64,000 nucleotides of DNA, taken from positions 589,990-653,989 of the forward strand of contig RDEW01000025.1 in assembly GCA_011109175.1 (NCBI GenBank), read 5' to 3'. This DNA comes from Dicyema japonicum (lineage: Eukaryota; Animalia; Dicyemida). The notes under the pieces were generated by a model that was given only the letters and a program-made list of their open reading frames with translations, had not been told where the DNA came from and searched no databases. A program made the translations under genes and the position numbers. Shown in pieces: positions 12,150 to 23,869 of this stretch. Position 1 is the stretch's first letter. Every line of letters starts with the position of its first letter.

Positions 12150-12290
12150 AAATAAAACAGGCATATCACACTCAGAAAGCTCCAGGAGCCGCATAAGATA
12201 ATTTGAATATACAAACGGGCCACACTAACAAATCTGAAAAAGACAGTAATCTTATTGAAGTGTGCTAAATTACAATCCTACTGCAACGGT
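12150..12290 (+). repeat. Unclassified dispersed repeat, inverted copy of about 17190-17340
   Basis: ctccaggagccgcataagataatttgaatatacaaacgggccacactaa...ttacaatcctact versus the reverse complement ctccaggtgccgcataaaataattcgattatacaaacaagccacactaa...ttacaatcctact. Confidence 0.7.
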
Positions 12291-13276
12291 AACTTTACGA
12301 CAAATATAACAATTGTAATAATTTTTTGAAGATTATAAAATCACTCTTTAGTCTTTGTTTTGTCCCGAGATGCCTCTTTTTCATGACAATTTTTCGTATA
12401 TCTGAAATGAATTAGCAGTTCCGACCATGATCAGGGATGACAAGAAAAGCAGCTGATCACACACATAGGGGATCCTTTTTCTGGGAACGCTATAAGGGGA
12501 AGCGTAAAGTTTAAGCGTATTCTGACCACGTAGAACGTTCATAATCGCGCACTGTCAATTTGACGCCATTCGCAGAAATCCTCATGTTTTCATTTTAAGT
12601 GCGCTGTTACATCTCAATGTCGTCGACTGTATAACATTCATTAGTGCGGCTGGCGTGTTTGAAATGCCTGCCATAGAGCATTGAAGATATAAAATTATAA
12701 ACTCTTCACTTTTTGATTACTATGCACAAGTTTTCTTTTTTCTTGGTGACCAAGCCTGAAGGTTCAACAAGTGAGTCACCATTCTTCCAGCATAGAATGA
12801 AATAATTAGATTTTAAGTTGGGTAATTGTTTAATCAAATATGAATGAAGAAAACAGTTCATTACAAGCAAGACAATCAAAATAATCCAGCTGATAGAATG
12901 GCTGTCTCCCCTGACAACTCTTTTGGAACAATCGCTGATTGCTAACTTTCGAAATCATTGACCCAAGGGAATTTGCATTATTTTTAAATCATTCATTGAC
13001 TAACACGTGCGAACATAATAAAGAATGATGTTATAATAAAGGGATAAAAAGTGAATTTCATATCTATTTATCGTAAAAAACGTATGAATCATGATAACAA
13101 CCACAGATTAACTATTAATGCATAAACACTTAAATTAATGAAAATATGACATAAATTATAATAAGATTTATTATTATTTTTGATTAAAAATGTGGTATCG
13201 ACATAATTTCATCATTATTTATTTGACGTTAATTTTCAATATAAAAATCAATTATCGTTATAGCGCGTAGTTTGCT

Positions 13277-14985
13277 ATGGAGTTAGAAAATAATATTACT
13301 CATAGGATAACAGCTATCCTCAAAGAGTATCCCCACTTGATCCCCTTCTCTATCACTTTCGTAAATCTATACGAACAGGTCAAAAAGAACAGAATTGGGG
13401 GAAATTATGAGAAGGACGAATTCCAGATGGTCAACGACTTGAATCAATTTAATTTAGAACTGGTTTTCATACTTATTATACTTTCCAGGATAGTGACAGA
13501 AATACTCGACTTTACAAAACCCTAAATTCATCCATAACTAAGACATTTCCAGAAATTATTCATATCGAACTTTACTTAAAATGCGAGGTCAAATCTCACG
13601 AGGAATGTGCTCGTTATAAACTTCTCATAGAACGCTGGACTTTGACACAAAAGTCGGAGCACTCTGTGTATGTCTGCAAAGTTATTGTAGGAGTCATGAT
13701 TTTGAGAGGACCAAATCGTTTTTAGACGGTTACCTTCGAAATGGGGAGGTATCTCAGTTCATTGAGCAACAATGCCTTTCCAATTCGGCATTGATTCTCT
13801 CTCTTGAATCGCAGGTCGTTCCAGCATTCATAAATGAACAAAAATTACTAGAATTTCCCACATATTTGGTTGACCAGAAATATATTTCAATTTGTGTCGA
13901 ATGGCTACCTCTCCGCTTAAATATCAAGAAAATAGGAAATATTTTTAAATACAGCAGATCCTATTCTAAGAAGGACCCGAAAATTTACCAAATCATTTTG
14001 CATGGTACCAAGTCATATATATCAAAGATTCGAGTTTTTTAACTCAAAAAAGTCCAAAGTCGACATATAGAGACCTTCCCAATTCGACAGTTTTCAATGT
14101 AATTTACTGAGTTTACTCATTCATTTTTGAGAAATATCGTTATTTTTATAGTCTCGTCCTTTGCAAAATGTGGAGTACCAAAGTGGAAAGCCTAGTTCAA
14201 CTTTCCTTGATAAATCAGAGAGGTTTTGTTTCTTATTAATTAGTCATCAATCAAAGGGGGTATCGTTGTCTGAGAAGTTTAAAAGTACAACCTTAGTGGG
14301 TCCCAGAAGTCTGGTTGGCTCTTTTATAGTATAAACTAAAAAAATTTTGAAGGAAAACTTATTAATGGGATCTCTGTACCCGACTGGTTACCTCGATTCC
14401 TTCAGCATTCAACTGTGCTGCATTGGGGATGACTCAGATAACGTTATGACTTTTCCTATAACAGCGTTCTTCTTTGATTCGTTTGTGGACAGTCCTAATT
14501 TGTGTCCGTATTTGGTATGTAGGTCTTTATTATTTGTAGGGGTATATGGATCTTCGACATCTTGATCCTGGCTATAGAATTTCGAATGAGGGAGTCATCC
14601 AAATTGTATTTTAACCCTAATTACTAGATTCTCTTCAACCCAAATAAAATGGTCATAAAGATCTTTTTGATTGAATACAATCTAAACGAAATGCCACCTA
14701 ATTCCTTGACTTTCATTCGACACAAAATCTCTTATGCTCCCACCAAAACCACGGGGGACGATATTTCTAAATACCCCACCTATCTTCAGTATTGTGTGCA
14801 TTTACGGTATTTTGATTTCACATTGTAGTGTCCTTTCCGATGATAAAGGAGAAAAATTTATGTACAGTGAAATTCGTATAATATTCCCATCTCATCCATT
14901 GGAGTTGGAGTCTGAGAAGGTGAAATACGAGTTGGTGACAAAAACAGAAACTCCTGCAGATCCCCCATATTGCACAAATACGTGA
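13277..14985 (+). CDS. ATOSA: Atos homolog (FAM214/ATOSA-like): DUF4210 plus Chromosome_seg C-terminal domain, multi-exon
   Basis: Spliced product: LLIERWTL; RSLVGSFIENLLMGSLYP..LDSF...CPYL; GYRISNEGVIQIILFNPNKMVIKIFLIEYNLNEMPPNSLTFIR; LQYCVHLR..GEKFMYSEIRIIF...YELVTKTETPADP. Frame stays open with 21-26 nt introns plus one of about 53 nt. Confidence 0.88.
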
Positions 14986-15049
14986 AGTATAATTTAATTA
15001 TGCTGAATATAATTTAAAAATTTAATTTAACAATTTTTACGATTTTTGT

Positions 15050-15990
15050 CTTTTTTATACAATCCAATTTTATCTTCAATTCACCTGAAACACCTAAATG
15101 ACAGTGGATATATTTATCAACCAGACAAAAATACCTTTCACGAAGAAACTGAAAATCTTGGGGATCACCTTCGACACACATATGTCCTTTTCATCTCACG
15201 TCGACGATGTCTCTGGAAGCTGCTCAAGAAAGCTAGGGATAATCAAAACTATTTTCTGTAGCAAATTTTTGCCGCGTGGCGCCATGTGGTGCTTCGTGGT
15301 TAATTGTTTTAATTTTTCTGCTTGCTTGTCTGTTCCTCTTCTCTCTTCCTAATAGAGTGGCGTCATGTGATCCACCTGTCTAGGTGACGTCCAGTGCCAG
15401 GCCGACATGAAAAAAGATCATTTGCTCTTCCCCACTCCACTGGAGGGGTTTCCACAACTGCATGTAATGGACGTCTTACCCTTTATGCTGATTCCGGATA
15501 GACTGTTTCTGTAGAAGTGGAAACTGGATACACTTAATTAGTTGGTTACTTTAACTTCTTTCTCGATGTACCGGGGTTAATAAATAATAATAATTTTCGG
15601 TGGCATTAAAACCCATTTCCCAGCTTTGAAATTGTTGTACAAACAATTCATTGAGCCATCTGTCAGCCATGCCTGTACGTCATGGGAATCAATCTGTCCT
15701 GGACGAACAAACAAAGAAACAGGGACATTCAGGCCTTAAAAGCCACTACTATTAGTAATCTCTGGAATCCAGAAAAACTAATACCCTCATCACTTGAAGA
15801 CCTTATCCGACAAAATGGAAAGGGATTTGCTACCCTGTGCAAGCAGTGCAACTCTCAACAATACACAGTCACGACGTGTTTTATGAGAAGGGTATACATC
15901 ACCCTTCTCCAATTCCTATTCTTGAAACCACCCCGCCCACAGAGAAGTTGTGTTGGATCCAGAAGGCGCACGAGGAGAAAATGAGAATTC
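15050..15990 (+). mobile_element. I/Jockey-like LINE RT C-terminal fragment, interrupted by a family 2 element
   Basis: KILGITFDTHMSFSSHV...KLGIIK before the insertion and LLYKQFIEPSVSHACTSW after it. Confidence 0.8.
15271..15594 (+). mobile_element. Short retroposon family 2, subfamily a, full-length copy
   Basis: Starts GCCGCGTGGCGCCATGTGG and ends in a (TAA)n tail, with a possible short aatttt TSD. Homologous copies at 32528, 57136, 61881 and 24430. Confidence 0.85.
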
Positions 15991-16089
15991 TGATTGAATC
16001 CTTCGAGATCACTTAATTTAGTAATTAAATTAACTATTGGTGTTCTTGGGTTAATAATAAGCAAATACGCAATTGGCTACCTCACGCAA

Positions 16090-17170
16090 GTATTTAACCT
16101 GTCTATTAACTACAATATTATTCACAAGATTTGGAAGAACTCTGTTATCAAACTAGTCTTGAAGGCTGGAAAACCTGAAAAAGAACCTGTTTCGTACTGC
16201 CCCGTCTCCCTAATTAACACATTATCAAAACTTCTTGACAAACAGGTAATATCCGCCATTAATCCGGTCCTCTTTCAAGCCTCTTTTCTTTTAGACAAAG
16301 TTAAGACGGTGTCTGGATTATGTGGACCCTGAATTTCTAAAGAGAAAAATACGAGTTACTCAGAAGACTATAGATTTCTTATTTAAATAACAAGTCAACA
16401 AAAAATGGAGGACTGAAGCAGGAAGGTTAGACATCAAGAATCCAACATTCTGGAAATCTTATGGAGGCTGTAACTCCTGGATCTAAATCAGATTTTATTA
16501 TTTATAAGATCCGATAGCAGTTTTATACCTAAGCGGATGTTCCTGATCCCTTTTGGGACCTGCTCGAAAGTATTCATTGATCCAAAGGATCTAGTGCCCG
16601 AAGAATTTCTTTCGAGTATGAAAATTCTGGAAGAGCGTGGATATCATTACTAAAGAAGAGGTGAAGCAAACTATTATGGAGTGCCGAGATAAAGCTCCTG
16701 GAATGTACGGGATACGCTTAAGACTATTCAAGGATGACGATACGAAGAATCTATTGGCATTACTATAGGGTGTTCATTGTAAAGGGGTTAATGTTAGGGC
16801 ATACTGAGCCGAAGACTTGTCTGGAAATTGATAAAACAAGTAAACGAATAACGGGTCTGATATTATACTATCTGGAAATTTTGCAAGAAAAATATACTCA
16901 AGAACCGATGATGTTGTCCTGAGGAGATGCGTAGATCCACAGGACCGCTTAGCACAAAATCGGCGATATACAATAGCAGTTGTCGGAACGGTTCAGTAGT
17001 TAAAATGAGAATAAGTGGAACTCTCAACCACGAAAGCTAAACAAGCAGAATCCTTCTTTCTGGAAGGTATACCGAAAAGTGAGGAGCCCAGAGTCAATCA
17101 CGGAAAATACTTGTTATGAACCAGTGTCGGAGAAAACAGCATTTATAGAGATCTCTCTAGAAGGTCAAAA
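16090..17170 (+). mobile_element. Mosaic of I/Jockey-like LINE linker and RT fragments
   Basis: KIWKNSVIKLVLKAGKPEKEPVSYCPVSLI, ITKEEVKQTIMECRDKAPG. 17115-17160 matches 37128-37175. Confidence 0.7.
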
Positions 17171-17539
17171 TGGAAAAGGAAATCAGCAAGGCTCCCTATG
17201 CGGAATTAGTAGGATTGTAAATTATTGAACTTTAATAAGATCACGGTGTTTTTAGTGTGGCTTGTTTGTATAATCGAATTATTTTATGCGGCACCTGGAG
17301 TTTTGTTGAGTTTGATATTCTGCTCTACGGAAAACTACTTAAATAATTGCCATATTATGTTCTCTGTCAAGTTATCCATTTCAATTATGGGGAGAAGGGA
17401 TACGCTCTATTTCCGTGGGTTTTGTTTTCCCCCGGTTAAGATTAAAACTAGCCTACAGAGCAATCCTTCCCACTCTCGTCAAAAAGTCGTAACGAGGCCA
17501 AGGTCTTCTTCCTGAGATTGGAAGCGGAATCACGTTTAA

Positions 17540-17856
17540 GCCGGGTGGCATAGTGGTTAGGTGTCGGGCTAAAGTGACTTAGGTTACGGGTCGATTCTCG
17601 CTGCTGTTCACCTGTTGGAAGGTTCCACGCATCTACGATGCAGAAAGGGTTTGACGAGTGACGCCGTCATTAGTGGATACTCACTGTGGAACTGGATTGT
17701 CTAGAAAGGACCCGCACACAAGAAAAAAAAAAAGAAGTGAAGATCATTCCTTGGTTCTACGATTAGTTAAAATTAACTGTTATTTACTTAAATAAAGTGT
17801 GTGTCCTGCCTATGCGGAGCTATAAATATTATGGATCTCGTGAAAAGGCTTTAAAA
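17540..17856 (+). mobile_element. tRNA-derived SINE family 1, full-length
   Basis: A-box TGGCATAGTGG and degenerate B-box GGGTCGATTCTC. 12-bp TSD aatcacgtttaa at 17528-17539 and 17857-17868. Near-identical to 25927-26245. Confidence 0.92.
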
Positions 17857-18732
17857 AATCACGTTTAAGCTAAAAGATCCTATGGAGTTGCATTGATTCC
17901 AAAACGTCTAGGAAATGTCATCGTTCGCGACAGTTGTCTCTTGACATCTGGTGTCTGTTTCTAATTTCAGTATTTTGATATTTATTTAATTACATTATTG
18001 ATTATATTTCATAACAAAATTTAATATGAAACACTATAACATTATTTTGACGAATTATCAGAATCGCTGACAATCACTCTTTTCTTAGAGGAATATAATC
18101 ACCAACCAATCATCATCTTTCTCCATATTGAAGTCAGCTTCAAACGTTGCATCCACAAATTGATTCGAAATTGGATGTAAGCCCCCGTATATAGTGAGCG
18201 AACATTCATTAATATCCCAACACACTGAAATTTAAATGCGATATATTTGTTATGTGTATAAAATCTTCTTTACCTCGCATTTGGGTAAGCCTGGCATTTC
18301 TGGGAAGGTCCGTCTATGGTAGTTACGTTTTCGTTAGTCACCAGTTTTCTTCACCTGAAGGTAAATAAATAAAATAGTATGCGTGATGTCATGTGGCTAC
18401 TTGAATTTAGATTTTTCTTTTTCCTTTTAATGACGTCATCGAAGAAGCCCAATGATGCCGGGTATTAAAATGGATTTATCTTTTTATTTTACGCCCGAAA
18501 TAAAAAGATAAAAAAGTGAAGGGATTTTGAAAATATCGTGAGCTGAAAAATGTTGAAATAGGCTGTGAAAATCTAATGGTTGCGATTTTCTATTGATCTT
18601 TAAATAATTAATTTTTACAAAAAATTAATTTGAGAGTTCATTTTTGTAAGTTTTCTTGTGATGAAGGCAAGTGAAAAAAAGGTATTGAAATATTATATGA
18701 TCATATAAATTTTAATTTATCGTAATTTTTCG

Positions 18733-20400
18733 ATGTTTGTAAGCTTATTATGGATTATAGGTAATTTCATTAATTACACAAAGGAGTAAAAAATGAAGAT
18801 ATTGTTGGTTTGTTCTATGCAAATATTGGGGAGAATATAAACATTAAGTGCCCCTTTAATTATGTGAAGTACTGGGAGGTAAATAACAAGTAATAAATAA
18901 TAAAATAATTTCCAGAACATTAGGCATAACAACTAATTCACTACGATTGGTAGTTGACGAAAAAGCTTATGGAATTGTCAAATGTTACAATAAAAAGGAC
19001 ATAGCCAGAGTTTTTAAAATCATCAGAAGCAAACACGCTCTGTCCATATTCGAATGCCATAACACAACCTTTTACTCCTCCCTTATTAACACTGACGTCA
19101 TCATTTATTGTATGATTTTTACTGGCAAAGGCGTTATAAAAAATGTCACATTTAACAAGGAAAAAATGAAATTCTGTAAAAAGTAAATTATCATCTAGTC
19201 GACAATGAAAGGTACTCAATAGAGAACACTGGAATAAGGATAAAGAATCTTAATATGGTGGATGCTCAAATGTATTCCATCACATTATATGCACAATCAA
19301 GAAATAATGTTCACATGAATGATATCAAAATAATTTTAAACTTTAGTCTCAAAATTATAGGAGGTAATACTAGTTGGTTACTTTTAGAGGACATTAGTAT
19401 TAAGTTCAGAAGGAAATACCTACAACGAGAACATAAAAATAAAATTGTTTGTAGTGCTGAAGGACGCAATGTTGATATTTTATTATATGACAACAAAAAA
19501 AATGTTATATAATATATTGAATCCCAGTCATTTATAAACTCATTAAAAAAATGCAAAAAAATCCCATATTGGTCCGATGAAATATGCAATATTATAGGGA
19601 TTGTTACTCCCATGACTTATGAAGAGTATGGTCTGACTTGCATGATAGTGAGTGACCAATTCTCAAAGAACATATCCCATTTATTTCCAGTTGTCGGTTA
19701 TTATTTTATTTAAGTTTAAGATGCCCCCAAGAGGCCAATAATAAGCATAAGAGGGGATACTATTAATATTAAATTAAACAGGGTAAACCAAAATATAACT
19801 TATTACAAAATAGAATTTAAAGTATTTACATATTTTAATTATAGAATAATAATGGGTTTTTTTTCAAATTATTTATTACTAATAATAAATTTTATTTGAG
19901 AAATTTCATAAATTCATCAGGGTTTTACAACATTTCACTAACAGCAATGATTGGTAATATTAAATCACAGAAAACTACTATTTCCATTAATTACCATATT
20001 ACAAAGACAAACAATATTAATAGAATCATTATTGGATGTACATGTGCTGCTGTTGGCATATTTCTGATATTTATTATTTTATGGAATTTTAAAAATTCAA
20101 AAAAAGCTTCATTTTCTGTTATTTTAAATTTATTTAATAATTTATAATATTATTTAAATAAACTCCATTTCTTAATTTCCCTTTTACTTAGATCAAATAT
20201 CCAAGGAAGTGGGACTTGCAGGCATTTAAAAAATGCTGCTTACTTTAGAAGTATTTATTCATCTTAATGTTAGCGGGTACATCCATTCTTAGTGTTTGTC
20301 CTAAAAGCCTCTATCTTGCCTCCAGGATCCTTTACGAAATCTATGTGCTCCCTTTTCTTTCGTAAAGAATGTCTTTAGGAAATCTTGAGTGAATTCAAGA
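18733..20400 (+). CDS. Ig-superfamily single-pass membrane protein (about 3 Ig-like domains, 1 FN3-like domain, TM helix); 3' end uncertain
   Basis: Spliced with 23-26 nt introns: signal-like MFVSLLWIIG, ENINIKCPF..W, NSLRLVVDEKAYGIVKC, GIRIKNLNMVDAQMYSI, KIVCSAEG, EEYGLTCMI, DAPKRPII..ITYYKIEF, TM IIIGCTCAAVGIFLIFIILW. Confidence 0.72.
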
Positions 20401-21099
20401 GGAAGATAAAATAATAGTTAATAAAATGTTACAAAGCAAAATATATAAAAAGATTTATCCCATCTGATCTTCCTAACAATCGATGGGTATATTAAAGGAA
20501 TGGTTATAGAAAACACTCTTTGATGAGAAATGTAAAGTTTTCATTGACTGTCTACAGGAGACGCAGATCGTTTGCAGTCTCTACGAGAAATATTGAAATA
20601 TCGACTAACACATCTACCAATACGTTATGGACTCAGATTTGCTATCCAGTCAAAATTTGCTAATGGAATCCACCGGCATGTGAGTAGCAGGGTTGGTGTC
20701 TCTCCTAAAGTTTCAAGTAGATGCACAAAATTGTTGAAGAATGGTTAAAAATTCAATCAAGCTGGATGACTTTTGTCCTACGTTATCTAAGACGCACACG
20801 TGTAGATAACTTTTATAAGGAAGACCTCAAAGAGTAAAATCTCCGCACATAGGGAAACATATGAAGTGCACCAAGAAAGAAAAGCGAGGAACTCAATGTC
20901 ACACTTAGATCAGAGGTCGATGCCACCACCAGAAGTCGAATATTTCTCCTGCCTCCAACCTAGATCGTCAATCCGGACATTGAGAACTTGTCAAAAATCA
21001 AAGACTTTACGACATGTCACCTATCATCAAATCAACACTAATTGGTTTCTAATCAAAAATCAAAGAATGTATTTTTAAAGTCTATATTTTCTTGACTCG

Positions 21100-22500
21100 A
21101 CTCATGTTGACTATTTTCAATTCTCCTAATCCTGCCTTAATCTGTGATAAAAAAATAAATAAACCTCTATTCGGTTGTTTGAGAAAATTTGAGTAATTTT
21201 ACTTGGATATGGAGATTCAAATCTGCTCAACTTTAACGATGGATTTGTCCCATAATCCATTAAAACTCGTATCTAAATATATTCACTAAAAATACCTCAT
21301 TTCCAATAGAAAAATCACATTTTGATTGATGAACGTTTATTCTTTTGTTCATCCGCTTAAAATAGGCTGAATTTAGATTTGTTGGAGAAAAATTAAGATC
21401 AAAATGTTCTGAATCTAATTTTTCTATCAGACTTTATACAATAAATACATGAAACATCTGAAATATGTTCCACGTCAATATTTTCTGATGTTCGTGGAAA
21501 AACATCATTCAAACTCTCATTTTCTATGAAAATAAAAAAAAACTATTGTACTTAGGAATGACTGCGTTTATTCCTGAAACTCCTCTCAGTTTTATAAATG
21601 GAGTTTTATTTGTGGAGAATGGATCGTGTGTTATATGTAAAGGTGCTTCGTTTAATAAATTTTTTCCAATTTTTAGTTGATTCTTCGTCCATTAACTTTG
21701 CAAGATTTCTTGTCAAAGTTTGGTTAAATCTTTCCTATGATCCCCTGAAAAAAAAATAAAATATTATTTCATTACTTGTGATTGAGAATGATTTGGTCTT
21801 CCATAAATATGCATGATTTTATTTTTCATGCAGAGAGTCTAGATATTTGTTTTTAAACTGTTCCATTATCTGTTTGCAGTATCTCACAAAAGCCGATTTC
21901 AAAACAATTTCTTCGAATGCTTCACAAATTTCAAAATTCCAATAAATTAAAATATACCTACATTTGAATCATTAAATTGCTTAACATCTATGAGGTCTGC
22001 CTGGAATTGTTCATTAGGTCTATGGCAGTCACATGGTATTTAGAATCGGAAAACCTATTATATAAATTAATTTTCTACTTTAAATGGAATAGAAAATTTG
22101 CAAATTTTGCACTCTTGGACAATTCTTTAAATAATTTACTGTCTTATTGAAAAATAGGAGTTCAAACACTTTTGCTACAGTTTACGAATCCCCGAATGGT
22201 TATTTCTATGAATAGACTCCGCAATAGTTCGCATTTCAGACTCGTTATCCATGCAAACAACTAGCCTGTGTTTTTCAAATTTTTCGTCTTTGAGGAATAA
22301 TCGACCATCAATGACAAAAAATTTCTAGGATTTTTTCATTAATTTGTATTTCGCCTTACTTGAAGATGTCTGTAAAGGATCACCATTTAGAATGGATTGA
22401 TATTCTATAATATTTTTGACAAAGCCTATTATTATCACAAAGAGATAAACATTTTATAGAGCACATGTTGAATATTTGTGGATAACGGAAAATTATATTA
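21100..22500 (-). mobile_element. Second Ginger2-like rve integrase element, degraded, with an apparent 31-nt intron
   Basis: IHRNNHSGIRKT, RPNEQFQADLID, ILQTDNG..FKN, GRPNHSQSQ|intron 21775-21745|GII.RFNQTL, FSIGNEVFL. Confidence 0.8.
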
Positions 22501-22526
22501 TATATGTCCGACACGATTAAAAATGA

Positions 22527-22816
22527 TCTTCCATTTTTGTCCGCCCTCTTCAATTTTTGTCCCACGTCCTACCGTAGTGGACATCACTTAATTCTTAAGC
22601 GGAATAGTTTTCATAATGCAATCTTCATCAGAGGGTTTGGTCAGGGAGAAAGGTACTATGATCCTTTTTAACAACTGCGTCGTGCCAGAAGGACTCGTCG
22701 CCTCACAGTGGGATCTGTATGACAAGAATTGACCTTCGCTGAAAACTCCATCTTTCATATTCGAACCCACGACCTTCACATCCGATGTCATCAGACGTTA
22801 TATTCAGCCAGAAGGC
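22527..22816 (-). mobile_element. tRNA-derived SINE family 3, near full-length
   Basis: Reverse complement begins GCCTTCTGGCTGAAT and contains GAAGGTCGTGGGTTCGAAT (B-box). Homologous to 52801-53085. Confidence 0.88.
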
Positions 22817-22916
22817 CTTATTATTTTTAATCAACAAAAAAACTTTATTAATATTTAAAAAAATTTTTTTAAACAAAATAATTTTTTATTTAAAATTAAA
22901 AAAATATTTTACTTCT

Positions 22917-23282
22917 GACAAACATTATTGCGTATGCTTACGATGTAGATTTTATTTAAAATGACAAAATATCGCTCACCCGCTTGTTGGAAGAAGTGCC
23001 TGGAAGACTAGCTGGATGGTTCCTAACAGTAAATTCGGACAAAACTAAGGTAACTGAACTCAAAACTAAGGTAATCTTCTCTATAAAAGGACGAGGACCT
23101 CTGAAATCTCAAATGAAATTCTGGATACACGATGGAAGCTTTTCGTTCATTTCTGCGACTGGACCATTTGGAGGATGCTTTGAATAAGAGGAAGTGGATG
23201 AAATTAACCAGTGATTTGCTAACTCGTGTTGCAAATGCTATGTCAAGTCCTATGACAGCGATAAGTGCTAATAATAATAATT
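22917..23282 (+). mobile_element. RTE-like LINE 3' fragment with (TAA)n tail
   Basis: IIAYAYDVDF, WFLTVNSDKT. Ends gtgctaataataataa, like the RTE tail at about 36520. Confidence 0.75.
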
Positions 23283-23329
23283 TTATATCTGCACATGGTT
23301 TTGAGCTTCAGGTTGAACATGGATGAGTT

Positions 23330-23800
23330 GCGCCAGTTAATCGAATATCTAGAAAATGGATATCTTGATGATTCGCTTTACTGAAATGTAAACAGCGTAT
23401 TTGAGACTTTCCCCATTGCTTGTTTTCGAGGACGTGTAGTCCATTACAGAGTAATTAGATTATTATTCAAAATTTTAATGGAGTGGATTATCCGCCTCAA
23501 ATATTTAAATAGATTACTACAGTATGAAAAAGATGATGATTTATCTTTGTCAAGGGAATCTGCTCGAAGATATACTTTGGTAGCTGCAGAAAAATGCGAA
23601 AGAAAACTAGATGGAAAAATGATTAAGTATCATTGAATATAGGAGATAGAGTTATTCTATAGATGGATTGTGATTACAATCAACGAAAACAGGTGCTTAA
23701 TATGAGCACTTGGACACTACAGTTTATCAAGTAGTGGATATACAAGGAAGTATGGTTCACATAGTGGTAACTCGCAAATAATAATAGTCAACCATAGCAG
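23330..23800 (+). mobile_element. Probable Ginger2-like element fragments
   Basis: LIEYLENGY and ARRYTLVAAEK...IGDRVIL resemble the N- and C-terminal parts of the other integrase elements. Catalytic core not seen. Confidence 0.4.
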
Positions 23801-23869
23801 AATTAAAAGATTATTTTAAATGACTTTTTCCGAGAAATATTTTTTAATCGTTTTGGCTTAATGTGGAGA

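Noticed and set aside
13277-13700. Initial reading as ATG13 from FNLEL and LLIERW
   Set aside because: Downstream exons clearly encode the DUF4210 and Chromosome_seg domains of Atos/FAM214.
18425-18442. TGACGTCA (CRE-type) site about 300 bp upstream of the Ig receptor gene
   Set aside because: A single 8-mer with no comparative support, and similar words occur inside repeats.
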